The notes below the pieces were generated by a model. That model had not been told where the DNA came from, searched no databases, and saw nothing but the letters and a program-made list of their open reading frames with translations. Both the position numbers and the translations under genes were made by a program. A stretch of DNA of 64,000 nucleotides from Polyangia bacterium (GTDB lineage Bacteria; Myxococcota_A; Polyangia; Polyangiales; JAUICN01). Numbering within the stretch: the stretch's first letter is position 1; every line of letters starts with the position of its first letter. The DNA lies in NCBI GenBank assembly GCA_030427835.1, contig JAUICN010000005.1:130496-194495 (forward strand), in the 5' to 3' direction. Shown here piece after piece: positions 1 through 9,574 of the stretch.

Positions 1-1554
1 GGGACCGTATCCAAACTGGACGCCAGAACCAACCGGGAGGTGGCCCGCTACCCCTCGATCCATGGGCCCGTGACCGGTGCCTACACCTGGAACACCACAT
101 GCGTGCAGGGTAGCGCGGGCAACTGCCCCTCTCGAACGGCGGTGGACCAGCGGTTCGATGCCTACGTGGCCAACCGCGCCTTCAACGGCCAGGGTAGCGT
201 CACCAAGTTTGCCTCCAACGAATCGGATTGCGTGGACCGCAACTCCAACGGAACCATCGAGACGAGCCAGGACCTCAATGGGGACGGATCCATCGACATG
301 ACCGACAGCAACATGGATGGGGACGTGAACGCCCTGGACTCTGGGGAGTTCATTGGCGAAGACGACGAATGCATTCTTTGGACCACGCCCGTGGGTGCAA
401 GCAACGGGGTTCCCCGGGGCCTGGCCGTGGGTGTGGCGGCACTTGATTCCGCCGTGGGCGACGTGTGGGCGGGGTTGTTCCACGAGGGCAAGGCTTGCCC
501 CATTAACGCGGATACCGGCGTACTTGGCACCTGCATCGATCTGGACATTGGTGGCGGCAAGCTACTGAAGCCCTACGGTGGTGCCGTGGATTCCCAGGGC
601 CGCCTGTGGTTCAGCGACAAGAGTGGCGACGGCACCCACCAAAAACGTTTGGGCTACGTGGACACGGGGCTCGGCACCTTTGTGGCCGCCGCTGACATGC
701 CCGTAGGAACCGGAAGCTCCCTTGGTGCCTGCGCCGTGGGGGCATTGCAGCCCTACGGTATTGCCGTGGATGGGGATGACAACGTCTATTTGGGCGGCCC
801 CGTGAGCTGTGGTTTTGGGCTCTACCAATACACGCCCGGCACCCAGACCTGGACGGGTTACGCCATTACCAACGCAACCGTCACCAACCGTGGTTACCCC
901 CGGGGCATCGCGGCCGGCGAGGATAGCCTGTGGATGGCCATCAGCCATGAAACCACGACACCCTCCTGGGGTGCCACCAGCAAATACATCTTCCGTTTCG
1001 ATCTGGCCAACCTGGCTGCCGGCCCCACCCAGGAGCCCACCATGCCCTCCTGCCGTGAACCGGTGGGCGTTGGCGTGGCCTTTGACGACTCCGTATGGGC
1101 GGTGTGCCAAAACAACAACGTGGCCGCACGCCTGGACCCGGTCACAAACCTCTGGGAAGAGCGGGTGGTGGGCGCACGACCCTACACCTACAGTGACTTT
1201 TTGGGCTTTGGGCTCAACGCGCTTGCCAATCCATCGGGGAGCTACCGGTTTGTGGTGGAGGGTTGCAGCGGCGTGGACACGGAGTGGCAAGCCATCGACG
1301 TGGACGCCACCGTGCCCACCAATACGACACTGGGCGTGTACGCCCGTACCGCAGATACGGTGATGGGCCTGAACTCTGCCACATGGATCGGCCCATTTGT
1401 GGGGTCCCCGGCGGACCTCACGTCGGCGCCCGGCCCCCTGGGTGACGAAACCTTCATGGAAGTGGACCTTCGGTTGGAAAGCCAGGATGGCCAATCCACG
1501 CCGCGGGTAGACAGTGTCGCGATTGCGCATGAGTGTGACGAGATCCTGTTGTAG
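1..1554 (+). CDS. Secreted repeat protein, 5'-truncated by the window edge (beta-propeller/NHL-like repeats plus an Asp-rich Ca-binding-like segment); function unknown
   Basis: Frame 1 is open from nt 1, and the listed ORF begins at an internal GTG at 40. Stop at 1552-1554. Motifs GIAVDGDDNVYLGG and DLNGDGSIDMTDSNMDGDVNALD. Confidence 0.6.
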   Translation, partial: GTVSKLDARTNREVARYPSIHGPVTGAYTWNTTCVQGSAGNCPSRTAVDQRFDAYVANRAFNGQGSVTKFASNESDCVDRNSNGTIETSQDLNGDGSIDMTDSNMDGDVNALDSGEFIGEDDECILWTTPVGASNGVPRGLAVGVAALDSAVGDVWAGLFHEGKACPINADTGVLGTCIDLDIGGGKLLKPYGGAVDSQGRLWFSDKSGDGTHQKRLGYVDTGLGTFVAAADMPVGTGSSLGACAVGALQPYGIAVDGDDNVYLGGPVSCGFGLYQYTPGTQTWTGYAITNATVTNRGYPRGIAAGEDSLWMAISHETTTPSWGATSKYIFRFDLANLAAGPTQEPTMPSCREPVGVGVAFDDSVWAVCQNNNVAARLDPVTNLWEERVVGARPYTYSDFLGFGLNALANPSGSYRFVVEGCSGVDTEWQAIDVDATVPTNTTLGVYARTADTVMGLNSATWIGPFVGSPADLTSAPGPLGDETFMEVDLRLESQDGQSTPRVDSVAIAHECDEILL

Positions 1555-1563
1555 CCTCATGGC

Positions 1564-1965
1564 ATGATCCGTCAGGTTCCGGTGGTATTGGGTGCGGTGT
1601 GCGGCCGTGAACCCAACGAGGTAGAGGCGCGCGCCCTCACGGATGCATGGTCGATCGTCGCTCAACGGTCCAACCGGCTTGCCCGTTGGGGCATGGCGCT
1701 TGCGTTGGGGTTTGCCTGGTGGTCACCATTGTTGCTGCAAGGCACACCGCGCACCCTGCGACGGGTTTCGCCCCAACGGCGGGAAGCGCTACTCGTGCGC
1801 ATGTCTCAACATCGGTGGCCGGTGCTGCGTGAGTTTGTACTGCTATTTAAGTTCGTGGCGGCCCTTGCTCGGTTTCGGGAGGAGCAGGCGGTGCAGGCCA
1901 GTCACTTCAAGGTGGGCGATGCCTCCGGACCCACAGGGCTTGGAGACCTCCGGAGAGCCCCATGA
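1564..1965 (+). CDS. Small hypothetical protein translationally coupled to the downstream GMC oxidoreductase
   Basis: Its stop overlaps the next start (ATGA at 1962-1965). Hydrophobic segment WGMALALGFAWWSPLLL. No family recognised. Confidence 0.45.
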   Translation: MIRQVPVVLGAVCGREPNEVEARALTDAWSIVAQRSNRLARWGMALALGFAWWSPLLLQGTPRTLRRVSPQRREALLVRMSQHRWPVLREFVLLFKFVAALARFREEQAVQASHFKVGDASGPTGLGDLRRAP

Positions 1966-3455
1966 GGCCTGTGCAGGAATCCAGCGCTGATGTGGTGGTG
2001 GTGGGCACGGGCGCGGGGGGCGCCACTGCCGCAAAGGTGTTTACGGATGCCGGTCTTGAGGTGGTATTGCTGGAGGAAGGGCCGCGCATCAACCGCGGCG
2101 CACAGCCACGTGCCCTGCTCGATGCCATGGCGGGCGCCTTTCGGAACATGGGATCCCAGGCGACCGCCCGTGTTCCACCCATCGTGTTCCTGCAGGGATG
2201 TGTGGTGGGCGGAAGCACGGCGATCAACTCGGGGATCATCTGGCGCATGCCCGAGGACGTGCGGCGGGATTGGGAAACCCGGTTTGGGCTGCACGACCTG
2301 GTGAGTGATGCTGTGTTGGATCAGGCCTTCGACACCCTGGACCGTGATTTGGGCGTTGCACCCGTCGCGCGGGAACTGCTTGGAGGCAACGGCCTTCTCA
2401 TGGAAAAGGCGGCCATGGCCATGGGACTTCCCGGGGAGGTTATCTCCCGCAACGCCCCCGGCTGCAAGGGCAGCGCGCGATGTTTGCAAGGCTGCCCCAA
2501 CCATGCGCGGCAGAGCATGGATGTGTCCTACGTGCCCCAGGCGGAATCCAGGGGCGCACGTGTCTTGCCGTTGCACCGCGCACAACGGGTAGTCCTGAAA
2601 AGAGGTCGTGCCCAGGGCGTGGAGGGCACCGTGTTGGACCGTGTGACTCGCCGGGTTTGTGGGCGGTTTCGCATCCATGCGCGCCGGGCGGTGGTGGTAA
2701 GCGCTGGCACCATTCACAGCCCGCTACTTTTGGCCCAGTCGGGCGTTCGCCACGGGCTGCTTGGGCGACGGCTGCAATCCCACCCTGGTTGCGCCGTGGT
2801 GGGCCGTTTTACCCACCCGGTGGGCATGGGCACGGGGGCCACCCAAACCTACGAGGTTCCCCAACGGTCCAGGGGCTACAAACTGGAATCCCTGTCCCTT
2901 CCGCCGGAGTTGCTCACGGTACGCATACCGGGTGTGGGCGCTGCCTGGCGTGAGCGCACCCAGGATCTCTCCAGGTACGCCCAGTGGTGTGTGCAGGCCC
3001 GCATGGAAGCCCAGGGTCGCGTGCGGGGGAGGCTCGGTTCACCACGCATCACCTACACACCCACCCCAAGAGATGTGGCCCGATCGACGGAGGCCCTTGG
3101 TGTTCTCTGTGAAATGATGTTTGCGGCGGGCGCTGAGGAAGTGTACCCGGGGGTATCCGGTGTTCCACCCATTGTACGATCCGTGGACGAAGCACGGGCG
3201 CTCAAGGGGGCGCCGCTTCGTGCCGGGGATTTTCATTTTCTGGCGTCCCATCTTTTTGGAACGGTGTGTGCTTGCACTGACCCACGGCATGGGGTTGTGA
3301 ACGGGGAACTCCGTTGCCATGAAACCGACAACCTGTACGTGATGGACGGCAGCGTGTTTCCCACCAACATGGGGGTCAACCCACAGCACTCGATCATGGC
3401 GGTGAGTATGTTGGCGGCGCAACGTGCAGCCGAACGCCTGCGGTCCACGGAGTAG
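1962..3455 (+). CDS. GMC-family FAD-dependent oxidoreductase
   Basis: N-terminal FAD-binding fold VVVVGTGAGGATAAKVFTDAGLEVVLLEEG. C-terminal GMC signature LYVMDGSVFPTNMGVNPQHSIMA. Confidence 0.85.
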   Translation: MRPVQESSADVVVVGTGAGGATAAKVFTDAGLEVVLLEEGPRINRGAQPRALLDAMAGAFRNMGSQATARVPPIVFLQGCVVGGSTAINSGIIWRMPEDVRRDWETRFGLHDLVSDAVLDQAFDTLDRDLGVAPVARELLGGNGLLMEKAAMAMGLPGEVISRNAPGCKGSARCLQGCPNHARQSMDVSYVPQAESRGARVLPLHRAQRVVLKRGRAQGVEGTVLDRVTRRVCGRFRIHARRAVVVSAGTIHSPLLLAQSGVRHGLLGRRLQSHPGCAVVGRFTHPVGMGTGATQTYEVPQRSRGYKLESLSLPPELLTVRIPGVGAAWRERTQDLSRYAQWCVQARMEAQGRVRGRLGSPRITYTPTPRDVARSTEALGVLCEMMFAAGAEEVYPGVSGVPPIVRSVDEARALKGAPLRAGDFHFLASHLFGTVCACTDPRHGVVNGELRCHETDNLYVMDGSVFPTNMGVNPQHSIMAVSMLAAQRAAERLRSTE

Positions 3456-3480
3456 GTTGCCCACCTCCACATTCCGCGGA

Positions 3481-4629
3481 TCAATCCGCAATCCAGGCGT
3501 CAAAATCCTGCTTGGCCTGGCCAAACCCGAGTAGGTCCGGAAGGCTTTTGGGGCGCGTGGGTTTTGGGGGAGTGTTCAGGAGACCGGCGGCGGGTTCAGG
3601 CGTGAAGGCGTGGTTCAGGGCACGTCGAGTGGGCGGGGAGACCGCGAGCGCACGCTTGCGGAGCCGGTACACACGAATGTCCGGCCGGCTGAGCGCCCGT
3701 TCATCCAGGCCGTCCTCCTCAAGTAGCTCCACTAGGGTTTGCCAGGGATCCCTGCGCTGCACGTTTCCTGGGGGATCTTCTTGCTCGGTGCCGCTGTCAG
3801 GGGTGCGGCTGTCAGGGGTGCCGCTGTCAGGGGTGCGGCTGTCAGGGGCCATGGCTTCGGGTAGCCGGTAGCGCCACACGCCCTTGCGTTCAAAGCCGAT
3901 ACCCATGTCCTGGGGCGTGAGGCGTACGAGGGCGGGGCTCGGCGGATGAATCGTACCCTGCTCCTCCAGTAGAGACACCTCGACCTGCAAACGGGGCAGC
4001 TGAACGGACAGGCTTCCACCCATGGACGAGCTTCGTTCGGTCCACCGTTGGCGGGCCACGTTTGCCGCAGTCATGAGGCCCCGGGCCACGGAACTGGCCC
4101 TGGCCGAACGCCAGAGGCGGGCCACCTCACCGTCGCGAAGCAATACCATGACCTCCACTTCCTGGATTTCCCGAAGGGGCGTGGGAAAGGATCGGATCTG
4201 GGGGATGGGTTCACCCGCCAGGATCCTTCGCGCCGTTTGCGCCAGGGCTTCGGAAAGCGGTTCGGGGAGGGAAGCACGCCGCTCTGGCACCTGAAACTCA
4301 AGCGGTTGCCGGGTGCGGGGGTGGGTGCCCACCAATAGGGTTCGCTTGGGTTGGCTTGGATTGGAGGGGGCCACCCAACGGGTGCCTGGGATGGGAGGGA
4401 GCCCTTTGATCCCACCCAGAACTTCCACGGGGCCCTTGCCGGTAAGGAGCTCCAGTTGTTCAGGGGCCCACCGGGGCCGGTGAAGGAATAGCGCCACGCC
4501 TGTGCCCATCAGCAGGATGAGCAGCACGCCCGTGCCACGCTGCAACCGACGCCGCCGGGTGCGAAGGCGCCGTTGATCTGCCCAGTAGTGCGCCCACCCC
4601 TGGGCCGGGATGATGTTGGATTGGGACAC
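3481..4629 (-). CDS. Membrane-anchored hypothetical protein with a PDS[RG]T tandem repeat
   Basis: Arg-rich N-terminus followed by a TM helix (GVLLILLMGTGVALFL). Repeat PDSRTPDSGTPDSRTPDSGT. Divergent from ald. No family recognised. Confidence 0.55.
   Translation of the reverse strand: MSQSNIIPAQGWAHYWADQRRLRTRRRRLQRGTGVLLILLMGTGVALFLHRPRWAPEQLELLTGKGPVEVLGGIKGLPPIPGTRWVAPSNPSQPKRTLLVGTHPRTRQPLEFQVPERRASLPEPLSEALAQTARRILAGEPIPQIRSFPTPLREIQEVEVMVLLRDGEVARLWRSARASSVARGLMTAANVARQRWTERSSSMGGSLSVQLPRLQVEVSLLEEQGTIHPPSPALVRLTPQDMGIGFERKGVWRYRLPEAMAPDSRTPDSGTPDSRTPDSGTEQEDPPGNVQRRDPWQTLVELLEEDGLDERALSRPDIRVYRLRKRALAVSPPTRRALNHAFTPEPAAGLLNTPPKPTRPKSLPDLLGFGQAKQDFDAWIAD
3788..3847. repeat. In-frame 15-bp tandem repeat x4 (alternating gtgccgctgtcaggg / gtgcggctgtcaggg)
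   Basis: Read directly from the sequence. Encodes PDS[RG]T x4 on the minus strand. Confidence 0.9.
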
Positions 4630-4765
4630 CCCCCGACTATGCGTGGGTTACGCCCAGGATCCAGTGGATCCGGGGTATCCTCGCGACGCGATCCCTCATC
4701 TGCTTTCTTTGAAGCGGTTTCTGCAAGCGTTTCGGTGTGCAGGGAAATCAGGCTATCATGGCGCC

Positions 4766-5914
4766 ATGATCGTTGGTGTGCCGAAGGAAACCAAATCCAG
4801 TGAATACCGCGTGGGCATGTCGCCGTCGGGAGTGCGCGCGTTGGTGGACGCGGGTCACGAGGTCCGGATTCAGCGGGAGGCCGGCCAGGGTGCGGGGATC
4901 TCAGACGCTCAGTATTCCGCCCAGGGGGCAACGGTGGTGGCTGACGCCCAGAGCGCCTGGGCGGCCCACCTGGTGGTGAAGGTCAAGGAGCCCACCCCGG
5001 CTGAGTACGATTTCTTTAGGGACGACCTCACTCTGTTTACTTACTTGCATCTCGCGGCAGACGTTCCGCTAACCCGGGCCCTGTTGGACCGTGGAGTGAC
5101 CGCGGTGGCCTACGAAACGGTGCAGTTGGCAGATCGTACATTGCCACTATTGCAGCCCATGAGTGAAGTGGCGGGCAGGCTGTCGGTACAGGCCGGCGCC
5201 CATTGCCTGGAACGCAACCAGGGGGGCAAGGGATTGCTGATGGGCGGTGTTGCGGGCACACGGCGTTGCCGGGTGGGCGTTCTGGGCGCCGGGGTGGTGG
5301 GCCAGCAGGCCGTTCGAATGGCCGTGGGTATGGGTGCCGATGTGACGGTGCTGGATCTGGACCGCAGCAAGCTTGTGGCCTTGGATGCCCAGTACCAGGG
5401 CCGTGTGGAAACCTGGATGTCGAGCCCGCTTCAGGTGGAGGAACTCTGCCAGGCTTCGGACCTGGTCATCGGTGCTGTGCTTGTGCCGGGAGGACGGGCA
5501 CCGGTGCTGGTGACCCGGGGTATGTTGCGTCGCATGGAACCCGGGTCTGTGGTGGTAGACGTGGCGGTGGATCAGGGGGGCTGTTTTGCCACCACCCGGG
5601 CCACTTCCCACGATGCTCCCACGTTTGAGGAGGAGGGGGTAATCCACTATTGCGTGAGCAATATGCCGGGCGCCGTTCCCCAGACGAGCACCCTTGCACT
5701 CACGAGTGTCACCCTGCCCTACGTGCTGAAGCTCGCCAACCAGGGAGCCCAACACGCGGCGGCGGACGACCCCACGCTCGCGCCGGGGGTGAACTGCTTT
5801 AAGGGCGTGTGCACCCATAGGGAGGTGGCCCAGGCCGTGGGCGTGCCCTTCCGATCCCTGGACGCCCTGTCCAGCGGGACCCTAGTGGCACACCGCCGGG
5901 CCGAAGACTTCTAG
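4766..5914 (+). CDS. ald: Alanine dehydrogenase
   Basis: MIVGVPKETKSSEYRVGMSPSGVRALVDAGHEV matches the canonical Ald N-terminus. NAD-binding site VLGAGVVG. The ORF-track start at 4610 is a 52-codon over-extension; the ATG is at 4766. Confidence 0.9.
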   Translation: MIVGVPKETKSSEYRVGMSPSGVRALVDAGHEVRIQREAGQGAGISDAQYSAQGATVVADAQSAWAAHLVVKVKEPTPAEYDFFRDDLTLFTYLHLAADVPLTRALLDRGVTAVAYETVQLADRTLPLLQPMSEVAGRLSVQAGAHCLERNQGGKGLLMGGVAGTRRCRVGVLGAGVVGQQAVRMAVGMGADVTVLDLDRSKLVALDAQYQGRVETWMSSPLQVEELCQASDLVIGAVLVPGGRAPVLVTRGMLRRMEPGSVVVDVAVDQGGCFATTRATSHDAPTFEEEGVIHYCVSNMPGAVPQTSTLALTSVTLPYVLKLANQGAQHAAADDPTLAPGVNCFKGVCTHREVAQAVGVPFRSLDALSSGTLVAHRRAEDF

Positions 5915-6053
5915 TATTCCTAGCGATTGAGAACGTGTGGAATTTGGTTTGAGCGCGAGCGCCCCGGCAGCGCAGGAGTGGGGGACGTACAAAAGGTACT
6001 TCCCCCCGACGAGCAGGGGAGGTAAGCCGCGATCAGGCCAGATTCAGCGCGTT

Positions 6054-6659
6054 CTAGGCGAAGCGGGCGTTGACTGCGTCCCAGTTGACCACGTTCCACC
6101 AGGCCTTGAGGTAGTCGGGGCGACGGTTTTCATAGGTGAGGTAATAGGCGTGTTCCCACACGTCATTGACCATCACCGTCTTGTATCCCTGGGATACGGG
6201 GCTGTCCTGGTTGGCGGTGGTCATGATCTCTAGCGCGCCCTGGGGGTTCACCACAAGCCATACCCAACCGCTGCCAAACTGACCCGCGCCGGCGGCGTTG
6301 AACTGTTCTTTGAAGGCCTCGAAGCTTCCGAAGGCCTCGTCGATTTTACCGGCGATGGCACCGGTGGGGTTGCCGCCGGCGCCTGGCGCCATGATGCTGA
6401 AGTAAAGGTTGTGGTTTACAAACCCGCCACCGTTGTTGCGAACGGCAGTGCGGATGTCTTCGGGGATCGCATTCAGATCCTTTAGGATGTCCTCTGCGGT
6501 TTTTCCTGCGGCCACCTCGGGATGCTTTTCCAGGGCTGCGTTGAACTTTGCAAGGTACGCTTTGTGGTGCAGGCCGTGATGGACCTCCATGGCGCGCGTG
6601 ATGATGTGGGGCTCCAACGCATCGTAGGCGTAGGCAAGGGGTGTCATTTCAAAGGCCAT
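6054..6659 (-). CDS. sod: Fe/Mn superoxide dismutase
   Basis: YAYDALEPHI, HHGLHHKAY and DVWEHAYYL motifs. SD GGAGGAGG upstream of the ATG. Confidence 0.9.
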   Translation of the reverse strand: MAFEMTPLAYAYDALEPHIITRAMEVHHGLHHKAYLAKFNAALEKHPEVAAGKTAEDILKDLNAIPEDIRTAVRNNGGGFVNHNLYFSIMAPGAGGNPTGAIAGKIDEAFGSFEAFKEQFNAAGAGQFGSGWVWLVVNPQGALEIMTTANQDSPVSQGYKTVMVNDVWEHAYYLTYENRRPDYLKAWWNVVNWDAVNARFA

Positions 6660-6782
6660 CGTATTTTCCTCCTCCAGGAGCGCTTGTCCTAGGGGCCGAT
6701 GGCGTTGCTGTCAATCCTGGGAGGGCAACAACCCCACGCGCGATGCGGACCACCTGGTCGGACGCTCCGCAAACCGTTGGTG

Positions 6783-7949
6783 CTAGAACGTGAAGCCGAT
6801 ACCCGCGTTGACCGTCCATTGCAGGGTATTGGCGAGTTCCGCATCGGTGTTCAGGTCGGCGGTGGTGGCCACGTCCATGGCCCAGGAAAGGCTGGCGCTG
6901 AACGCGTTGTACTGGCCCTGCACACCGATGGCGGCGCGGGCGCGGGTGGCGCGAACGCTACCAAAGGAAACATTGTTGTTCAGATCCTGGCCGGGGTAGC
7001 GCCCATCGGGAAGCGCATCGGACTGGGGCCGGGTGCAGGTGGCTTCTGCTCCCACAGCGCTGGGCCTGCATTCCTCAAAACCGTCCACGTCAGGGGTCAG
7101 ATCCACGATGGCACTGTCGGCCAATACCCAACCAAACTGCCCCGCCACGAAGGGTGTGAGTGTGCCCATGCCACCCATGACAAAAGGTTTCGACACAATG
7201 AGATCTAGAGACGGTAGTGTGAGGTTGAACTCGCGATCCCCCAATACCGTTTGCACTGCACCCTTCACCGCCACGTCGGGCAGCACGCCCAGGCCCGTAC
7301 GGAACCCCTCAAACAACGCCCACTTTACCTCGGCACCCACAGCCCAAAGGGTGGTGTTCGCGAGGTAGCCCACGTTCGTGCCCAGCTCGAAACCCAACGG
7401 CAAACCCTTGCGGACGTGGACTCGACTCCACAGGAGGCTTGAGTTTGCAAAGCGGTTGCACCCAAGCCCCGTTCCACCGTCACAGGTTTCGGTGCCGGCG
7501 TTGGCGTCGCCTTGGGTACCCAGGGTCCAGGCCTGGCTGTTTACGTTGATGTTCGTCAACGACATCTCGAACCCCACCTGAAAACGACCGGGGCCCACCG
7601 TATGCGCAGGGCTATTGAGCGTGGGCAAGGTGGCGCCGCCAAGTTCGCTCATGAGTTGCGTCCAATTTTCTGGGTGCGCACAGTAATCCCGGAGGTTCGG
7701 ATCGTCTGGGGGGTTGTGCCCTGAGAGCGTGCTTGGGCAGGACGTGCCATCGACCGCAGCCACACGTAACCGTGAGACCGCGGGATCCATGGGCCCAGCA
7801 AGGGCCACACCGTGGATCCCCACTATCTGGACAGTCACAAGGATTGTCACAAGGGCGGTTAGGACGCTCAACGCGTTGTTCGGGGCCCATGCGCTTGAAA
7901 AAAGCGCGGGGAGCTTGGAGCACTTAGGGAAAGGAGGATGGGAGTGCAT
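6783..7949 (-). CDS. Outer-membrane beta-barrel protein (hypothetical)
   Basis: Signal-peptide-like N-terminus. Alternating beta-strand pattern. C-terminal GIGFTF ending in Phe, typical of OMPs. Start is either ATG 7949 or TTG 7961. Confidence 0.55.
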   Translation of the reverse strand: MHSHPPFPKCSKLPALFSSAWAPNNALSVLTALVTILVTVQIVGIHGVALAGPMDPAVSRLRVAAVDGTSCPSTLSGHNPPDDPNLRDYCAHPENWTQLMSELGGATLPTLNSPAHTVGPGRFQVGFEMSLTNINVNSQAWTLGTQGDANAGTETCDGGTGLGCNRFANSSLLWSRVHVRKGLPLGFELGTNVGYLANTTLWAVGAEVKWALFEGFRTGLGVLPDVAVKGAVQTVLGDREFNLTLPSLDLIVSKPFVMGGMGTLTPFVAGQFGWVLADSAIVDLTPDVDGFEECRPSAVGAEATCTRPQSDALPDGRYPGQDLNNNVSFGSVRATRARAAIGVQGQYNAFSASLSWAMDVATTADLNTDAELANTLQWTVNAGIGFTF

Positions 7950-8010
7950 GTGAGAGGCCAACTTAGTCAGTGGGCGGTTTACCCGTCAAGGCGACCCCGT
8001 AGAACCGCCT

Positions 8011-8034
8011 GCCACATGCCACATGCCACATGCC
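8011..8034. repeat. Heptanucleotide tandem repeat gccacat x3.4 in a divergent intergenic region
   Basis: gccacatgccacatgccacatgcc read directly. Lies between the OMP gene and trmL. Confidence 0.9.
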
Positions 8035-8114
8035 GATTCGGCCCGTCTCGAAAAGATGGATTGAAAGCCAAAGGTACCGGGACCAGGAGGACCGGGTTGT
8101 GCTAGGTAGGAGCC

Positions 8115-8651
8115 ATGCCAACCGGGCCCAAGCTCAGGTTTTCACCTTTAGAATCACCCTTTGATGTGGTATTGGTAGAGCCGGAGATCCCGCCCAATAC
8201 CGGGGCCGTGGCACGGACCTGCGCCGCCACCCGATCGCCCCTTCACCTGGTGGGAACCCTCGGTTTCTCCATTGACGACCATGCGGTCCGCCGAGCAGGG
8301 GTCGATTACTGGCACCTTGTAGAAGTACACCGCCATGCAGACCTGTCGGTATTCCGACAGTCTAGATCGACGGGTAACCGACACTATTTCTCTGCCAACG
8401 CGGTTCGCCCTTTTACGGAGGCTCCGTTCCAATTTGGGGACGCCCTTATTTTTGGTTGTGAGTCCACCGGATTGCCACCGGAGATGTTGGAAGCGGAGCC
8501 CGAGCGTGTTTGGGGCATTCCTACCTGCGGTGGGGTTCGGAGCCTGAACCTTTCCAACGCGGTTTCCATCGTGTTGTACGAGGCCCTGCGCAAGGTGGGT
8601 AGCTTTACCTCTACGTACGTTGAAAAAAGTGGAGAGGCGCCGACACCGTGA
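8115..8651 (+). CDS. trmL: tRNA (cytidine/uridine-2'-O)-methyltransferase TrmL (SpoU/TrmH family)
   Basis: VLVEPEIPPNTGAVARTCAAT, RRAGVDYWH and SLNLSNAVSIVLYEA align closely with YibK/TrmL. Confidence 0.85.
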   Translation: MPTGPKLRFSPLESPFDVVLVEPEIPPNTGAVARTCAATRSPLHLVGTLGFSIDDHAVRRAGVDYWHLVEVHRHADLSVFRQSRSTGNRHYFSANAVRPFTEAPFQFGDALIFGCESTGLPPEMLEAEPERVWGIPTCGGVRSLNLSNAVSIVLYEALRKVGSFTSTYVEKSGEAPTP

Positions 8652-9574
8652 GACCGATTGCGGTGCAGCCCTGCTTTGTGACCGGCAAGGGTGGCGTGGG
8701 GAAAACGCTGTTTTCTGCTGGGCTGGCGGCCGCCTGGGCGCGCGAGTTCGGAAGCGCGTGCTTGGTGGAGTTTGGGGACGGCGCACCCGGACAGCGTGCG
8801 TTGAAGGGATGCCACGGGGTGCACCATGTGGTGGTCGACCCGGAGGTGGCCATGCAGGCCATGGCCACCCACCTTCTTGGTTCGGCATGGCTTGCTCGGA
8901 TTGTGACGGGCAACTTTGCCATGCGAAAGATGTTGCGCGCGGCGGCGGGGTTGCGTGAGCTGGCGCAGTTGTTTGCCGTGCAATCTGCGGTGACTCACGC
9001 GGACCGTACGGGCGACGGAAACATACCCGTGGTGGTGGACATGCCTGCTTCGGGACACGCGGTGCCCTGGTTGCGCGCACCACGGCAGCTTTCGGGCCTG
9101 CTGCGATCGGGGCCGTTGTACGAGGTGAGCCGCACGTTGCGCGACGAACTGCTTTCAGCGGATCGTTGCTCGGTGGTGGTGGTATCCCTTCCGGAGCAAC
9201 TTGCGCTTCAGGAATCCATGGAGCTGGTACATCGCTTACGATCTGAGGTGGAGCTGTCGCCCTCCCACATTGTGATCAATCATTTTCCTCGGGAGGTGGG
9301 TGCCGATGTACTCGCGGCAGTGAACGCACTTTGGGATCCACAGGACACGACTTCGGCCCTGGGAACCGCGGCGAATGCCTTTCGAGCCTGGTTGGGGTAC
9401 CAACACGAGCTGCGAGAACAATCCACCCATTTTCTAGAACACCTTATCCATGGGCAGGGCACGGATCGCGCGCCGCAGTGGATCACCATGGATAGGCAGG
9501 TGGGAGACCCCACCACGGAACAGTGCGCCCAGTGGATCAGGGATCGGGCGTTGATTGCAGGGGTGGCCCCGTGA
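8648..9574 (+). CDS. ArsA/Get3-like P-loop ATPase, first of a pair
   Basis: P-loop VTGKGGVGKT. GTG 8648 overlaps the trmL stop (GTGA). Confidence 0.65.
   Translation: MRPIAVQPCFVTGKGGVGKTLFSAGLAAAWAREFGSACLVEFGDGAPGQRALKGCHGVHHVVVDPEVAMQAMATHLLGSAWLARIVTGNFAMRKMLRAAAGLRELAQLFAVQSAVTHADRTGDGNIPVVVDMPASGHAVPWLRAPRQLSGLLRSGPLYEVSRTLRDELLSADRCSVVVVSLPEQLALQESMELVHRLRSEVELSPSHIVINHFPREVGADVLAAVNALWDPQDTTSALGTAANAFRAWLGYQHELREQSTHFLEHLIHGQGTDRAPQWITMDRQVGDPTTEQCAQWIRDRALIAGVAP

Noticed and set aside
5980-6007. GC-rich hairpin (GGGGGACGTAC-aaaag-GTACTTCCCCC) between the convergent ald and sod genes, considered as an intrinsic terminator
   Set aside because: It has no U-tract on either strand, so I do not call it a terminator. 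It could still be a structural element.
8011-8034. TGGCATG x3 (minus strand) as a sigma-54 promoter for the OMP gene
   Set aside because: GC dinucleotides follow the GG at 6 or 13 nt, not the required 10 nt.
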